DNA of 64,000 nucleotides from contig OZ024748.1 in assembly GCA_964016885.1 (NCBI GenBank), positions 6,944,001 through 7,008,000 of the forward strand, in the 5' to 3' direction. The notes under the pieces are model-generated. The model made no database searches, had not been told where the DNA came from, and saw nothing but the letters and a program-made list of their open reading frames with translations. Made by a program: the position numbers and the translations under genes. Source of the DNA: Eledone cirrhosa. Taxonomy: Eukaryota. How positions within the stretch are numbered: position 1 is the stretch's first letter; each line of letters starts with the position of its first letter. Shown one piece after another: positions 1-14,122 of this stretch.

Positions 1-87
1 TTCGAGCGTTCGGATTGGGTATGCGTTGAGTAGTCATAGGAACCGCTCAGTGTAATATTGCTTGCTCACACTATTGATCGATATGAG

Positions 88-155
<68 letters not shown>

Positions 156-412
156 ATATAAAACATGAGAAAGAATATCATATATGTGATATCTAAATTG
201 TTCTAGAATGATATATAATGAGCTCCATGCGTGTCACAATCCTTGCAAGACTCCATCTGGCACAGTGTGACGTTTCTGACACTGTTACCAATAAATAATT
301 GATTATAGAATATGTAAGATATGGTGTAGAGCGAGTAATGATTGCTGGATATAATAGATATGGTAAATATATTGATCTCTGAAAACTTACTGACAGAGCT
401 CAGCTAAACACA

Positions 413-494
<82 letters not shown>

Positions 495-569
495 ATAGTG
501 TGTATATATACGCATGTGTGTAGTAGACACGCACGCACACACACACACACACACAAACATATATATATA

Positions 570-671
570 TACAGCGTGTCCCACAAAATGTATACACACT
601 TCAACAGTATTCTAATGAATATTGCCTGTACAGGTAATCAAAGTGTGTATACATTTTTCCGGCACCCTGTA
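570..671. mobile_element. ~100-bp Tc1/mariner-type MITE
   Basis: TA-flanked imperfect TIRs TACAGCGTGTCCCACAAAATGTATACAC ... GTGTATACATTTTTCCGGCACCCTGTA; related copies at 2355-2560 and 55587-55670. Confidence 0.7.
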
Positions 672-740
672 CGAATATATATAAATATACATATATATAT
701 ATACATACATATATATACATATATATATATACATATATAT

Positions 741-863
741 GTCGAAACGGCCGGAGCTCATCCGTTGGGGTCCTAACTCTTTTCCTATTACCCACTCTAC
801 TACCCTAAGTATTGAGTACTCTGGTGCGTTATGGTCCACCTCGTATCTTATGACACCCTCTTT

Positions 864-864
<1 letters not shown>
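741..864 (+). mobile_element. Family A (TA)n-embedded element, 3' half of hammerhead plus tail
   Basis: GTCGAAACGGCCGGAGCTCATCCGTTGGGGTCC then tail CCACTCTACTACCCTAAGTATTGAGTAC...TGGTCCACC; matches other family A copies; TA repeats on both sides. Confidence 0.7.
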
Positions 865-910
<46 letters not shown>

Positions 911-1021
911 ATGTGTGTGTATATGTATATCTCCCTCACCTTCCTTTCTCTCTCTCTCTCTATATATAATATATATATATGTGTGTGTGTATGTGTGTGT
1001 ATATATATATATATATATAAA

Positions 1022-1054
<33 letters not shown>

Positions 1055-1509
1055 AAGGAAGGTGAGAGAGAGAGAGACAGACAGCAGAGAGGTGAGAGAG
1101 AGACAGTGGTAGAGAGAGATATGTGAGAGAGACGACCGAGAGATGTTTCAATCGTATTAGTTCGTTACAAAGTTAGCAAGGCTGAGGTAACGAATGCTAG
1201 GTAAGAAATAAAGGTATTTGTCCTGAAACATTTAAACAATGCAGCTGAAGAAAGCTCTGATTGGGTAGAAATAATGATGCATGTTTTGGTGGGATTGAAA
1301 ATCTGTCAGGATGATTAAGTGGTTAGGGCGGGTACATTATAGACAGCTTCTTACCGGACATGTAGGTTTACTGTTGCTGACGTTGCAGTAACTTGTGTGG
1401 ATGTGGGAGAATAAGAGGAGAACTTGTCTCACTATTCTTCTATTGTATTACTGAATATTTACCAATCAGCCAGATGGTGTCGTTTAGTTGCTATTTTAGA
1501 TTGAGTCGT

Positions 1510-2085
1510 GTTTTGACGTTGGTGTTGTTATTGGTGGTGTTGTTGTGTTGTTATTGGTGGTGTTGTTGTGTTGTTGTTGGTGGTAGTGGTGTGTTGTTGT
1601 TGTGTCGTTGTTGGTGGTGGTGTTGTTGTGTTGTTGGTGGTGTTGTTGTGTTGTTGTTGGTGGTGTTGTTGTTGTGTTGTTGTTGGTGGTGGTGTTGTGT
1701 TGTTGTTGTTGGTGGTGTTGTTGTGTTGTTGTTGGTGGTGGTGTTGTTGTGTTGTTGTTGTTGGTGGTGTTGTGTTGTTGTTGGTGGGGGTGTTGTGTTG
1801 TTGTTGTTGGTGGTGTTGTGTTGTTGTTGGTGGTGGTGTTGTGTTGTTGTTGTTGGTGGTGGTGTTGTGTTGTTGTTGGTGGTGGTGTTGTTGTTGGTGG
1901 TGTTGTTGTGTTGTTGTTGGTGGGGGTGTTGTGTTGTTGTTGTTGGTGGTGTTGTTGTGTTGTTGTTGTTGGTGGTGTTGTGTTGTTGTTGTTGGTGGTG
2001 TTGTGTTGTTGTTGGTGGTGTTGCTGTGTTGTTGTTGTTGGTGGTGGTGTTGTGTTGTTGTTGTTGTTGGTGGTGTTGGTGTTAT
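1510..2085. repeat. (GTT/GGT/GTG)n low-complexity repeat
   Basis: Direct reading; explains the V/L/C/W/G ORFs at 1393-2145. Confidence 0.95.
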
Positions 2086-2186
2086 TTTGTCCTAGATCAT
2101 TCTAGATCATGCAAAATGTCTATAGGCAAAGATTCTCAGGCATGATTACCGTCAGTATCATTTTTGTGTATATATATATGTATATA

Positions 2187-2317
<131 letters not shown>

Positions 2318-2354
2318 GAGGGCTGGCACAGGTATAAGAGTAAGAGAGTATATA

Positions 2355-2560
2355 TACAGAGTGCCCCCCAAAAATACATACACAATTTGATTACCTGTAC
2401 AGGCAATATTTATTAGAACGTACAGCCTTGTATATATATATTTGGGGACACTTTGTATATATATATATTTGGGGACACTTTGTATATATATATTTGGGGA
2501 CACTTTGTATATATATATTTGGGGACACTTTGTATATATATATTTGGGGACACTTTGTAT
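2355..2560. mobile_element. Tc1/mariner-type MITE with right TIR amplified 5 times in tandem
   Basis: Left TIR TACAGAGTGCCCCCCAAAAATACATACAC; GGGGACACTTTGTA at ~2444, 2471, 2496, 2521, 2546; interior matches 570-671 in reverse. Confidence 0.7.
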
Positions 2561-2629
2561 ATATATATATATATATTATTAAGTGTAATGAATTCTTTTA
2601 CAATGGAATTAGTGTTTCATCATATATAT

Positions 2630-2673
<44 letters not shown>

Positions 2674-2894
2674 GTAATTTTAATGAGAGTAAATTTTACT
2701 CATTTACTCATTGTATCTCTCTATGTTTAGTTTGTATATTTACTTTTAAAAAAATGATTTCCGTTTTATTTCCGTTCGCTGTCTTGTCCTTACTTTGTTG
2801 ATTTTTATAGTTTGTTGGGTCTGTTGTCTTCTAGACATACTATTTGACCTGACCAACGGAGATGCTGTATCCTGATCATGGTCACGGTGGGTTG

Positions 2895-3075
2895 ACAGTA
2901 TCGGTAGAGGGTCTGACACCATGCTTTGCAGCAAAGAGTTATGGCCCTTTATGGTCTGAGTTCAAATCCCGCCGAGGTTAACTTTGCCTTTCATCCTTAC
3001 GGGGTCGATAAAATAAAGCACCAGTAATACACTGGAATAATTCCTGGCCTTGTGCCAAAAGTAGAAACAATTATC
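2895..3075 (+). mobile_element. tRNA-derived SINE, near full length
   Basis: Head CAGTATCGGTAGAGGGTCTGAC (A-box-like), B-box GAGTTCAAATCCC, core GCCTTTCATCCTTACGGGGTCGATAAAATAAAG, tail GGCCTTGTGCCAAAAGTAGAAACAATTAT; many copies in the window. Confidence 0.85.
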
Positions 3076-3388
3076 ATGGTCTCGAGTTTCCTCAGAAAGG
3101 CCCGCATTAACACATCGCTGTCTGGTGTATAAGACCTGCATAAGATGTTGGTGAAGGTGCTGGATATGCCACAGAATGACGTCCATATCTCACATCCTCA
3201 CAACAAGGCTACAAGGACATATACTTGATACACTTCAACTTACGTGACTATCGTCATATCTGACTGCGACCAAAAACATATACACCATTCAATAGTTTCC
3301 CTTTCACATGTATGGGTGGTGTAATATATGACTTTCCAGGTGTATGCTGGTACATCACGAATGCCTCCCTTCGTGTGGCAAAAAGGAT

Positions 3389-3449
<61 letters not shown>

Positions 3450-4317
3450 GTTAGTTGGACGGACGCACAAGCTTAAACAAATATGGTTTTATGTTTATGA
3501 ACGCATAAAATATGTTCAGGTATGAAATTTATAACTTGGCATAGATGTATGTATGTGTGTTACACACACACATACACGCACACACACACACGCGCACGCA
3601 CGCATACACACACACACACAGACACACATATATATATATATGTGTTGTTTGTGTGGGTGTATGAGTGTTTGTAAGATATATGTATTTATATATATACAAA
3701 CATGCATACATGCATATATATATATATATAAATCCACACGTATTAACGCAGACACACACATACACACATACACACATACATACACATATATATGAGTTTG
3801 TGTATGTGTGTAAATGTATATGGTTGTGTGTGAATGGAATATGTGTAAAATTGTTGCCATGACAACATATTTCCCATTGATCATGGCGCCACATAGCAGA
3901 GAATACCTCTGATATATCCTACGACAGCGATCGACATATCTTTCGCTATATTTATCGGTTTTGTTATATACGATATACAATATATACAACATAGAATATA
4001 CCATACAGGATATAAAATATATAAACTATAAACTATATCATATCATATATCTGTTATCTTATTTGTCTGTGATATTGTTTATCACCCGTATGCTATTTCA
4101 ATAATATATAATTTATCATTAATGTAATATATTATTTATTTATTCAAATACACTAAAGGGGGCGCTGCTGTTCTCCTGCTTAAAATATTGCTTTAGTTAG
4201 AATTGTGCTTTAACAAGCTTAAAGAACTATAGGAACTTGGTGACGTATATATAGAATTTGCTCATATATATATATATATATAATGTAATTATATATATGT
4301 ATATAATATATATATAT

Positions 4318-4350
<33 letters not shown>

Positions 4351-4751
4351 AGCAAATTCTGTATATATATACGGATATATATGGGATATCTAATACCTAT
4401 CATTGATATTTTGATACTGTGTTTATCACTCATGTATATATTTATTCTCTATCAACCATTTTGTTTATATTATCATTGTTGTATATTTATTTATCAATTA
4501 CATTATTCCTCAGTTCAGTTTATATTATTTACATTTTATACTACATACACACACACATATATATATATATTTATAAACCAAATATATTGTTTATCAATTA
4601 GACTATTTTGATGCTATCTAATAAAAAGCTGATATTATTTATATCTCTTATTACGTGGGTTATCTAACTTATTTTCATCATCCATATTCTTGTATCTATA
4701 TGAGGTTTTATGCAGATAACAGAACACAATGCAAGATATATATATACATAT

Positions 4752-4892
4752 AACAAAGAAAGTGTGGTTAACAAAGAAAGTGTCGTAAGGAATCAGCTGG
4801 AATATAACACACCAGATTACTCGATACTTGGATTAGTATCTAGTTGTCGAAACGGCCCGAGCTCAGCCGTTGGGGACCTAACTCTTTTTCTA
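4752..4892. mobile_element. Family A element, rearranged (inverted tail plus ribozyme 3' half)
   Basis: Reverse-complement tail followed by GTCGAAACGGCCCGAGCTCAGCCGTTGGGGACC. Confidence 0.65.
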
Positions 4893-4930
4893 TAAATATA
4901 TATATATAGATAGATATAGATATTACACAT

Positions 4931-5112
4931 AGTCGGGACCCCGACGGCTGAGCTCTTGCCGTTTCAACAGTTAGTTCCAGTTTGGAACTATCTGTTAAAA
5001 CAGCATGAGCTCAGCCGTCGGGTTCCCGACTCTTTATAATATAACCAAACTCTACTATCCCAAGTATCGAGTACTCTGTTGAATAATGGTCTAATCAGTT
5101 TCAAACTGAATC
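4931..5112 (+). mobile_element. Family A fold-back element
   Basis: Imperfect palindrome 4931-5032, apex TAGTTCCAGTTTGGAACTA (~4981), then tail ACTCTACTATCCCAAGTATCGAGTAC. Confidence 0.7.
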
Positions 5113-5114
5113 GA

Positions 5115-5153
<39 letters not shown>

Positions 5154-5812
5154 GCAGTAGGTACACTCACTCACACGCATATATAGATGTGTGTGGTGTG
5201 TGTATTCTTGGCTATGTTTGTTAGTACCCTCTATTATACACGAGCGTATATTTTGTCTAGGTACAAAGTTTTATATTTATTTACGGTCTATGATGTGGAG
5301 TCGGTCATACCTTTCCCAAATATATCGTTGCTTCAAAGGTGCACTTGCTTTCCAACTGCTATACTTTTATTTAATGGTTTTCACATCTTCTGACAATAGA
5401 TCTGCTGGAAAGTTCGGGCACATCTCCCAAAGCCTTAGTTCTCGTACCTGAGTTAATTCAGTGGTATTTGTATCTGTATGTGAGAAAATTTAATGAAATC
5501 AAATTACAAAACCAGGAATATAGATTGAATAATGAAAACAAAAACGACAACTTTCAGAGCTTAAATTTTCCTTTTAATGCAAGAAATAAAATAAAATATG
5601 AAGTAAAGTAGTATTGTAGTTCTTTAAATACATAACAATATATAATGATTTCTACTATAGACACATGTCCAGCAATTTTAGGGGGAGGGGAAAGTCGATT
5701 AAATTGACCCTGTAAAGATGAAAGGCAAAGCTAATCTTGGGATTTGAATTCAGAAATTAATACTTGGGGTGTAGAAGATCGAGTACAAAGAAATTAAATA
5801 TTCTATATTTAC

Positions 5813-5847
<35 letters not shown>

Positions 5848-5848
<1 letters not shown>

Positions 5849-6160
5849 CGTTTCTGAATTTGTTTAACAAGATTCTTTATCTGAAAACGTGTGTTGAAAC
5901 CGATATTGTTATACTTTGGGAGGGTCATGTTGCCAATAAGAAATACACGCACCAGTTGCTTTCACTTCAATTTATTATAATAAATTTATAAATTTCTGGT
6001 TGGTTGGTTGGTTCCACAACCAGATGATTGTTTATATATTGTCAAAGTTCTTTCGTCACACATTGTGTGACCTCTTCAGTGACTGGGGATTCTTTTCTTT
6101 GTTTTTGTGCCTGTCCTTTGTTCTGTCCTACGCCATCTTGTTTTTTCAAAAGCGGATGAT
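5848..6160 (-). mobile_element. Family F (TA)n-embedded hammerhead element
   Basis: Near-identical in reverse to 47691-48105; fragments at ~48777, ~54490, ~56193; bounded by TA tracts. Confidence 0.75.
6041..6083 (-). ncRNA. Type I minimal hammerhead ribozyme (family F)
   Basis: Minus strand GTCA-CTGAAGA-G-GTCACAC(AAT)GTGTGAC-GAAA-GAAC-TT^TGAC: 4-bp stem I, 7-bp stem II, intact core, CUU site. Confidence 0.7.
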
Positions 6161-6165
6161 GATAA

Positions 6166-6204
<39 letters not shown>

Positions 6205-6497
6205 TCATTTAATGTACATATTAGTGGACATTATTCGACAATAAACTCAGTTTGTATAAAGTAGTATAAGTACTTTATGTGAAAGTTCCCGATGTGTGAC
6301 TTACTAATTATATTACAAAATAAAATATTTATCTAATAATGCTCTCTTCACACAATCATATTTGAAATGTAATTACGATATTTTACCAATTAGATACATT
6401 GTTCCATCTTTGAATTAGTTCTCACTTCATTTCACTCATTCTCCCATTCTCTCATTCTTGTGTAAATGCACACTTTACATAATTACACACAGACGCA

Positions 6498-6605
<108 letters not shown>

Positions 6606-6620
6606 AGGTAATATATATCA

Positions 6621-6817
6621 TTTAATATAGAAATGGCTTCTACAGTACTAGAGTTATTTCTTTCGAAGGAAATAATCAGGAAAGGCTGATGATTTCCTTC
6701 GAATGAAACAGCTCTAGTTCTGTAGAAGCCATTCTATATTAAAGCTTGTTATATATACTCTACTAATGTATTGAGTACCTTCCTTACTGTGGTTACACCC
6801 GATTGGACCCGAGACTG
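6621..6817 (+). mobile_element. Family B fold-back hammerhead element
   Basis: Palindrome 6621-6743; right arm CTGATGA(6686)-TTTCCTTCGAAT-GAAA-CAG...CTG-TA^GAAGCC; tail TACTCTACTAATGTATTGAGTACC...TGGTTACACCCGATTGGACCCG then (TA)n. Confidence 0.8.
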
Positions 6818-6898
6818 ATATATATATATATATATAATTGTTTCTACTTTTGGCACAAGGCCAGCAATTATTCCATTGTATTACTGGTACTTTATTTT

Positions 6899-6937
<39 letters not shown>

Positions 6938-7055
6938 ATCAAAAGATGGTTAATGATCTTATATTATGTATACTCCAGTCCTACAAACTGTAGAGTGCTT
7001 CTTATCCGATATCTGCATTGCTTTATTGTACTACAATAAAACTCACCTCCTACAT

Positions 7056-7086
<31 letters not shown>

Positions 7087-7129
7087 AGCCTAAGAAAAAG
7101 AATGGAAAATCTCGTGTTAAAAATAAGCC

Positions 7130-7169
<40 letters not shown>

Positions 7170-7669
7170 GGCTTATTTTTTAACACGACATTTTCCATTT
7201 TTTTCCCTTGTTTCATGTATGAGAGTTTTGTGTTTTAAAACCACAACAATTTTTACCTGACATCACATACAATTCTATGTGGACTTGTTACAGCTTAATT
7301 GCTATAAGTTTAGTATTTTGCCTTGTCTTTTACAACACTGGACAGGGCTTTGGCTTGAGTCAGGCAATGTGACCCCGGGTGAACCAGCAGTACAGCTGAT
7401 AAGTGTCTAACCTACCAAATACCATCTCAACGGCCTGTAACCCAGAAGTTCTGTGTCTTTCGTATGTATTTATATTTATTTAAATAATTTTTCAGGTTTC
7501 CTTTTTAAAAATTTTTTTTTTATCTTGCCTTGTTTTCGTGTGTTGTCTTGACCACTCTTAGTTAATTTTCCTAGGCTTGCTAGTTATACATATATATATA
7601 TATATGTGTGTGTGTGTCTGATGGTAGCTAAGATGCTTCCATATATATATATATTATATATATATATAT

Positions 7670-7885
7670 GTGAGATGTGAGAAAAACCATAGACCCTCCA
7701 TCTCAACTCTACTTTTGAAAAGCAGAACTGCGAAACCGGTTAAAGAACCAAATAAATATATATATATTTTTTTAAAATAAAATTCCAGTTGCATTTTCGA
7801 TTTCATCCTTTTTTCTTTATACTTTCACTCGTATAGGACACCTCGGTTATTTTTCATTTTGTAAAAAAAAAACTCACTTTCTAAT
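7670..7885 (+). mobile_element. Family I element with U3-A8 variant hammerhead-like motif (~7712-7745)
   Basis: TTGAAAA-GCAG(AA)CTGC-GAAA-CCGG-TT; near-identical copy at 34329-34540; TA-bounded. Confidence 0.6.
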
Positions 7886-8461
7886 ATATATATATATATA
7901 TAACTGGTAAGCCTATGAAAAAAATATATATAGATATATATATACAAAATATAAAACAATCAAATCTTAGTTTAATACTTTAAATGTATTAAACTGTATG
8001 TTATTTCTCTGAGGTTTTATACCTTGTCGAGTGGTTGGCTGCACTGCTGAATGCATTCGTCGGGTTAGCTGCAGCTTGAGTTTCGAATATGCTGTACTTC
8101 CATGTGTATATATATATATATATACATATCTGTATGCGGATATCTATGTAAGCTTATGTTTATATATTTGTTTGTCCATGCTTATGCAATTTCAAACACA
8201 TAAGCGACGCATAATTTTAAGTTAAGTATAGACAAATACACTACCACGATCAAAACATTTTATATCTATTACGGAATATTGAATGAAGATATCAGCTTGT
8301 GGTGTTAGGAAATATTCACTGAAGCTGTATTGGTTTCATTTTGTTAAGAGTCAGACATAATATTTTTAAAACGATATTATAAATATCACATTACAGGAAT
8401 ATCAATTGTATTAACATCGTAATGTATTAGCAAGAACAAGAAGATAATATACAGAAAAGTA

Positions 8462-8552
<91 letters not shown>

Positions 8553-8557
8553 TATAC

Positions 8558-8616
<59 letters not shown>

Positions 8617-8655
8617 TATATGTGGATTCCTTTCGAAATCATTTATTTATATGTA

Positions 8656-8697
<42 letters not shown>

Positions 8698-8912
8698 AGT
8701 TATGTAATAAACAACATAAGATAATTATTTCATTTACCAGTGGTTTCTTGAAAGCAAACAAATTTGCTTTCAGTCAGCAGAATTAAAAAATCCTGGTGTA
8801 TTTATTGAAAGTGGATTTGAAAATCCACTTTCAATAAATGCATATTAAACATTTGTTGATTAGACACTACCTTGCTCACAAGTGTTTTTTTTAGCTTCAT
8901 ATCATGTCTCCC

Positions 8913-8984
8913 TGTTTTATCTGATGAGAACGCAAATATCGTCCCAGGATGATATTTGTTTTTGAAATGCGCATAATAAAATAC
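8913..8984 (+). ncRNA. Type I hammerhead ribozyme with palindromic stem III
   Basis: GTTTTAT-CTGATGA-GAACGCAAATATC(GTCCCAGGAT)GATATTTGTTTTT-GAAA-TGCGCA-TA^ATAAAAT; all three helices pair; (TA)n starts ~45 nt downstream. Confidence 0.8.
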
Positions 8985-9016
8985 ATGGAACTCTTTTAAC
9001 CATCTTTTAATTTCTT

Positions 9017-9052
<36 letters not shown>

Positions 9053-9559
9053 AGTTAATATAAATTAATATATGATAAACACATAAGTGTTTGTATTGCA
9101 AAAGACGAAGTTAGCTAGAATGAAATAAACTAATTAAAATAAATATACTTTGTCTGTCTCGATATAAATCAATAAAAACAAAACCATATTGGCAAAAGCC
9201 GTGATTCCTGGACAAATTTAAATTTCAAAATCCAAACCTGCTCCGTAGATGAATTTGAACTTCAAAACCCAAATATGTTTCGCAACGATGGTATAAAAAG
9301 TGAAATATTCAAATCTTCTGTGCTTATCAACAGGAATCCAGAAAAATTAGGACATTTCACCTCAAAAAAATTTTGTAGGACTGGTTCACAAGTACAAAAT
9401 GCACGAGGTACACCAGCTTATGTGTTTATCATATATTAATTTATATTAACTTGTATTTCACGGCTCAGAAATGCTTCTTTCTTTTAGCTAATTAATTGTA
9501 AATGACTGTTTGAGTTTAAAACTCTAAATATAATATAATATATATATATATATATATCG

Positions 9560-9860
9560 GACTGAGTTCAAATCCCGCCGAGGTTGACTTTGCCTTTCAT
9601 CCTTACGGGGTCGATAAAATAAAGTACCAGTAATGTACTGTGTAATTGCTGGCCTTGTGCCAAAAGTAGAAACAATTATTATTACAGTGTCTAACATAGA
9701 GTTCATGTCCTTTACGTTCTGAGTTCATATCGCACCGAGGTTAATTTTGCCTTTCATCCTTACGGGGTCGTTAAAATAGAATACCAGCAACACTCTGGGT
9801 GGATTGAATCAAGTTTCCCCCCTCCCTCAAGTTGCTGGCCTTGTGCCTATATCAGAAAAC
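9560..9860 (+). mobile_element. Two tandem SINE copies
   Basis: Two B-box plus core matches (~9562 and ~9718) with short and long tail variants. Confidence 0.8.
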
Positions 9861-10147
9861 ACTCTGTTATAAACTTTATTTTACAGAAAAAAAACATCCT
9901 CACAACAACGTATTGCACCGTCTTCAATGTCTCCTTAATGTGAACCCTGTTTTGCTAATAAAGAAAGCATTAATATGACTATTAAGAATGATTTTCTGAA
10001 GAGCAACGGGGGATAAAAACACCAAATTACGGTACTTGATAGGTTAGTAAACACAAACCATACATATTTTATGTACAAATGACTATTATATAACTAATAG
10101 ACATATACACAGCAACACAGACACACTCATACACATATAAATATAAA

Positions 10148-10178
<31 letters not shown>

Positions 10179-10336
10179 GCAAAAGTTCTATTTAAAATTG
10201 TTGGGATACAACAAGTAAATATTTTTATAACTGATATAAAGCACTCGACAAGTATTTGGAGTAGATGACTTCCAAAAACAATGGTTGCATTTTAATAGGG
10301 TACGTCAAAGCTTATTTCTAAAACTGTTATATATTG

Positions 10337-10401
10337 TATTTTGTCTGATGAAGGCATACCATAATTTAATTTGGTATCCCTGAAATATGTATAATGAAAT
10401 A
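10337..10401 (+). ncRNA. Type I hammerhead ribozyme (family C)
   Basis: TATTTTGT-CTGATGA-AGGCATACCA(10 nt)TGGTATCCCT-GAAA-TATGTA-TA^ATGAAATA; 8-bp stem I including G-U; inside element ~10180-10441 ending at (TA)n. Confidence 0.75.
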
Positions 10402-10440
10402 AATATGGTTTTATAAATATAGTTTCCATTTATTAATATC

Positions 10441-10497
<57 letters not shown>

Positions 10498-10599
10498 TGT
10501 AATTAATCATTCAGAAATATCATATATTGATGATACACATTTTACCATTCTGAAGGTGGCACACACGCATTGAGAAAATATTCACACACACACACACAC

Positions 10600-10645
<46 letters not shown>

Positions 10646-10739
10646 CTGCCCTTACACATACATAACCATTGTTATATAGGTAGAAAGAAGGATGTGCATA
10701 CGTAGATATGTTTATTTATATATGTATATACATACATAT

Positions 10740-10834
<95 letters not shown>

Positions 10835-11485
10835 TAAATATATTTATTTCATGTATGTATAAATATACATATGTATATATGGATATGGATATATATATAT
10901 ATAGGTAAATATATTTATTTATGTATGTATAAATATGAACATATGTATATATGTATGGATATATGGATATGTGTATGTATATATATTTAATTATGTCTAT
11001 ATAAATGTACATATATGTATATGTATGTATATGGATATATATATATATATATATTAATTTATGTATTTATATATGGATACATATATGTATACATATGTGT
11101 TTGTATGTGTAAAAATATATATAAACACTTATACATAAAGTTACCGCGAATGTGCGTATAATAGGAGGAGAGTGAGAGAGATGTCGACTAGATGTACACA
11201 ATTTCATACATGACAATTTATTTAATTTAAACTGGGGTAGATGTAATTTAATTTGAAAATTTGTTAAAAATCTTTTTCTTTTTTTCTTTTACTATTTTTA
11301 CACAGGGAAATAAAAGTTTCATCTATTTTTTTTTTCTATTCAAATTCACGGTATTTTTTGGGCAAAATGTATTTATTATATAAATAAATATTTGTATAAT
11401 TTAGAGCATATATTTCATAAAATTTAATATATTAATATTTGTGTATTGTAAAATATTTATGAATAAATGTGACTGTCTGCGTAAG

Positions 11486-11550
<65 letters not shown>

Positions 11551-11631
11551 ATATCTATCTATCTATCTATCTATATCTATATCTATATAGATATATATAG
11601 ATATATATATATATATATATATGTGTGTGTA

Positions 11632-11898
11632 GAGGTTATATTTAATTTGTTGGGATTCAACAAGCTTAAACATTTTTATAACTGATATAAAGCACTCAAC
11701 AAATTAGTGGAGTAAATACACAATATATAAATAAATTCAAACTATATTTATAAAACCATATTTATTTTATTATACATATTTCAAGGGCAACCAAGGCAAA
11801 TTATGGTGCGCTTTCATCGGATAAAATACAGATTTGTTTTATAAATAAATATTGACATACCCGGAAAAAGATAACCTTAACGGTTGGAGCTTACTGGA

Positions 11899-11900
<2 letters not shown>
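11632..11900 (-). mobile_element. Family C element; decayed hammerhead at ~11760-11829 (core CCGATGA)
   Basis: Reverse-complement homology to 10337-10440 and direct homology to 46465-46640. Confidence 0.7.
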
Positions 11901-11937
<37 letters not shown>

Positions 11938-12118
11938 GTTATTCCGGGTTGAGTCGGAGGTAACCACAGTAAGTAAGGTACTCAATACATTGCAGAGTAT
12001 AAATGTTTTAATATAGATGAGATTCTACAGGACTAGAATTGTTTCATTCTTTAGAAATCATCATGATGATTTCTAAAGAATGAAACAGTTCTAGTCCTGT
12101 AGAATCTCATCTATATTA
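11938..12118 (-). mobile_element. Family B fold-back element
   Basis: Near-perfect palindrome 12009-12118 centred in the ribozyme core (ATCATCA|TGATGAT); tail 11938-12005 in reverse orientation. Confidence 0.8.
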
Positions 12119-12163
12119 TATATATATATATAAATTCGATATATATTTATATATATGAATATA

Positions 12164-12237
<74 letters not shown>

Positions 12238-12242
12238 CATAT

Positions 12243-12323
<81 letters not shown>

Positions 12324-12344
12324 AGAAAAAAAGCATCCAACACC

Positions 12345-12396
<52 letters not shown>

Positions 12397-12644
12397 GAAA
12401 GTATAGAAATTACACACACACACACACTTAATTATATATATATATGTGTGTGTGTGGGGGGGGGGGGTGTAATTATATACACACGCACACGTTCACATAT
12501 ATAATGCTGTTCCTTTATCTATCTATATATAGATAGATAGATAGATACAGGTATAACTATATATGTGAACTTCTCCGTGTGTATATAAATACATATATTT
12601 TACGTGTATTCATAAGGTATGTGAGTGTAGAGAGATAGAGAGGA

Positions 12645-12835
12645 AATCCGGAAATCATTCGGGAGACGACCACTGTTAGAACAGGTACTCAATACGTGAA
12701 TAGATTTTATGTATATTCACCCTACTATAAAAATGACTTTTACAAGACTAAAGCTGTTTCTTTCGTAAGAAATCATCATCTCTAGCGATTTCTTGCGAAG
12801 CTACTCTAGACCTGTAGAAGTCATTTCTATTATAA
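12645..12835 (-). mobile_element. Family B fold-back element, diverged
   Basis: GGTACTCAATAC tail (reverse) and imperfect palindrome ATGACTTTTACAAGACTA...TAGACCTGTAGAAGTCAT. Confidence 0.65.
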
Positions 12836-13183
12836 AATAAATATATATATATATATAGATATATATAGATAGATATGTTTCTTTATTAGCCATAGGGGCA
12901 CAAAAGAAGGGGACAAATACAAAGGGGGAAGTTTACATACAATAAAAACGTGTAAAATGTTATCACAAATGCAATTTAAAAAATTAGTCGATTTTCCCTA
13001 ATAGGGGGATATATAGATAGATAACTTTCTTTTTATTTGCCACCAGGGCATCAAAAGTGGGACAAGTACAAAGGGGGGAGTTTATATGCAAAGGCGTCCT
13101 CAATATGGGGGAGGCAATAACAAGATATAAAAGTATAAAAATAAAATAAAATATAACAAAATAAATTTTATAACAAAATCAAT

Positions 13184-13217
<34 letters not shown>

Positions 13218-13449
13218 GGATAGATACGCATATATATACACGCGGATATATATATAGAGAGAGATAGGCCTTGTATTTATATAGATATTTCATGAAAATT
13301 AATGCATATATATGTTGGGGACTGGTCGTAAATTTGAAACAGAGAACACTGCAATCTTGGTAGTTATTCTGTGGAATCACGATATATAAAAATAGTCACG
13401 TACATATTCCTCGCTGATTGTATGTTATTTGAGACATTTAAACTCTTGC

Positions 13450-13556
<107 letters not shown>

Positions 13557-13557
13557 A

Positions 13558-13604
<47 letters not shown>

Positions 13605-13605
13605 G

Positions 13606-13648
<43 letters not shown>

Positions 13649-14051
13649 TATATATATATATATACATGTATATACATATATACATGTATATATATATATG
13701 CATATATATATATGTATATATATATGTAGATATATATGTATATATAAATATATATATATATGTATGTATGTATATATATATGTATATATATATATGTATG
13801 TACGTGTGTGTATACATATAACAAGCTATTATGTGTTATCAAATGTAAGATATTCACCCCACAATGCAAAGGTTAACACAGACACTTGAACAAGTTGAAG
13901 TGCAGTGGAATTGAAATTAGAATCATGTGTATATGTATATATATATGTTAGTATGCATGTATATGTATATATATAAATACATACAAGTATACTTGCGCAT
14001 AACGTGAGTAAATTCCATTATGTAGTGACACCAACCTGGCTGAATATATAC

Positions 14052-14122
<71 letters not shown>

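Noticed and set aside
1240-1280. CTGAAGA...GAAA spacing resembling a hammerhead
   Set aside because: No convincing stems I, II or III; other isolated CTGANGA hits (~9996, ~37963, ~45755, ~63670, 54903 minus, and within (GAT)n at 27777) rejected for the same reason
2895-2975. tRNA gene (A/B-box-like motifs)
   Set aside because: SINE head continuing into the SINE core; no full cloverleaf
9334-9408. Possible plus-strand exon (acceptor TCAACAG, one open frame NPEKLGHFTSKKFCRTG)
   Set aside because: Weak donor, no recognisable homology, no partner exons
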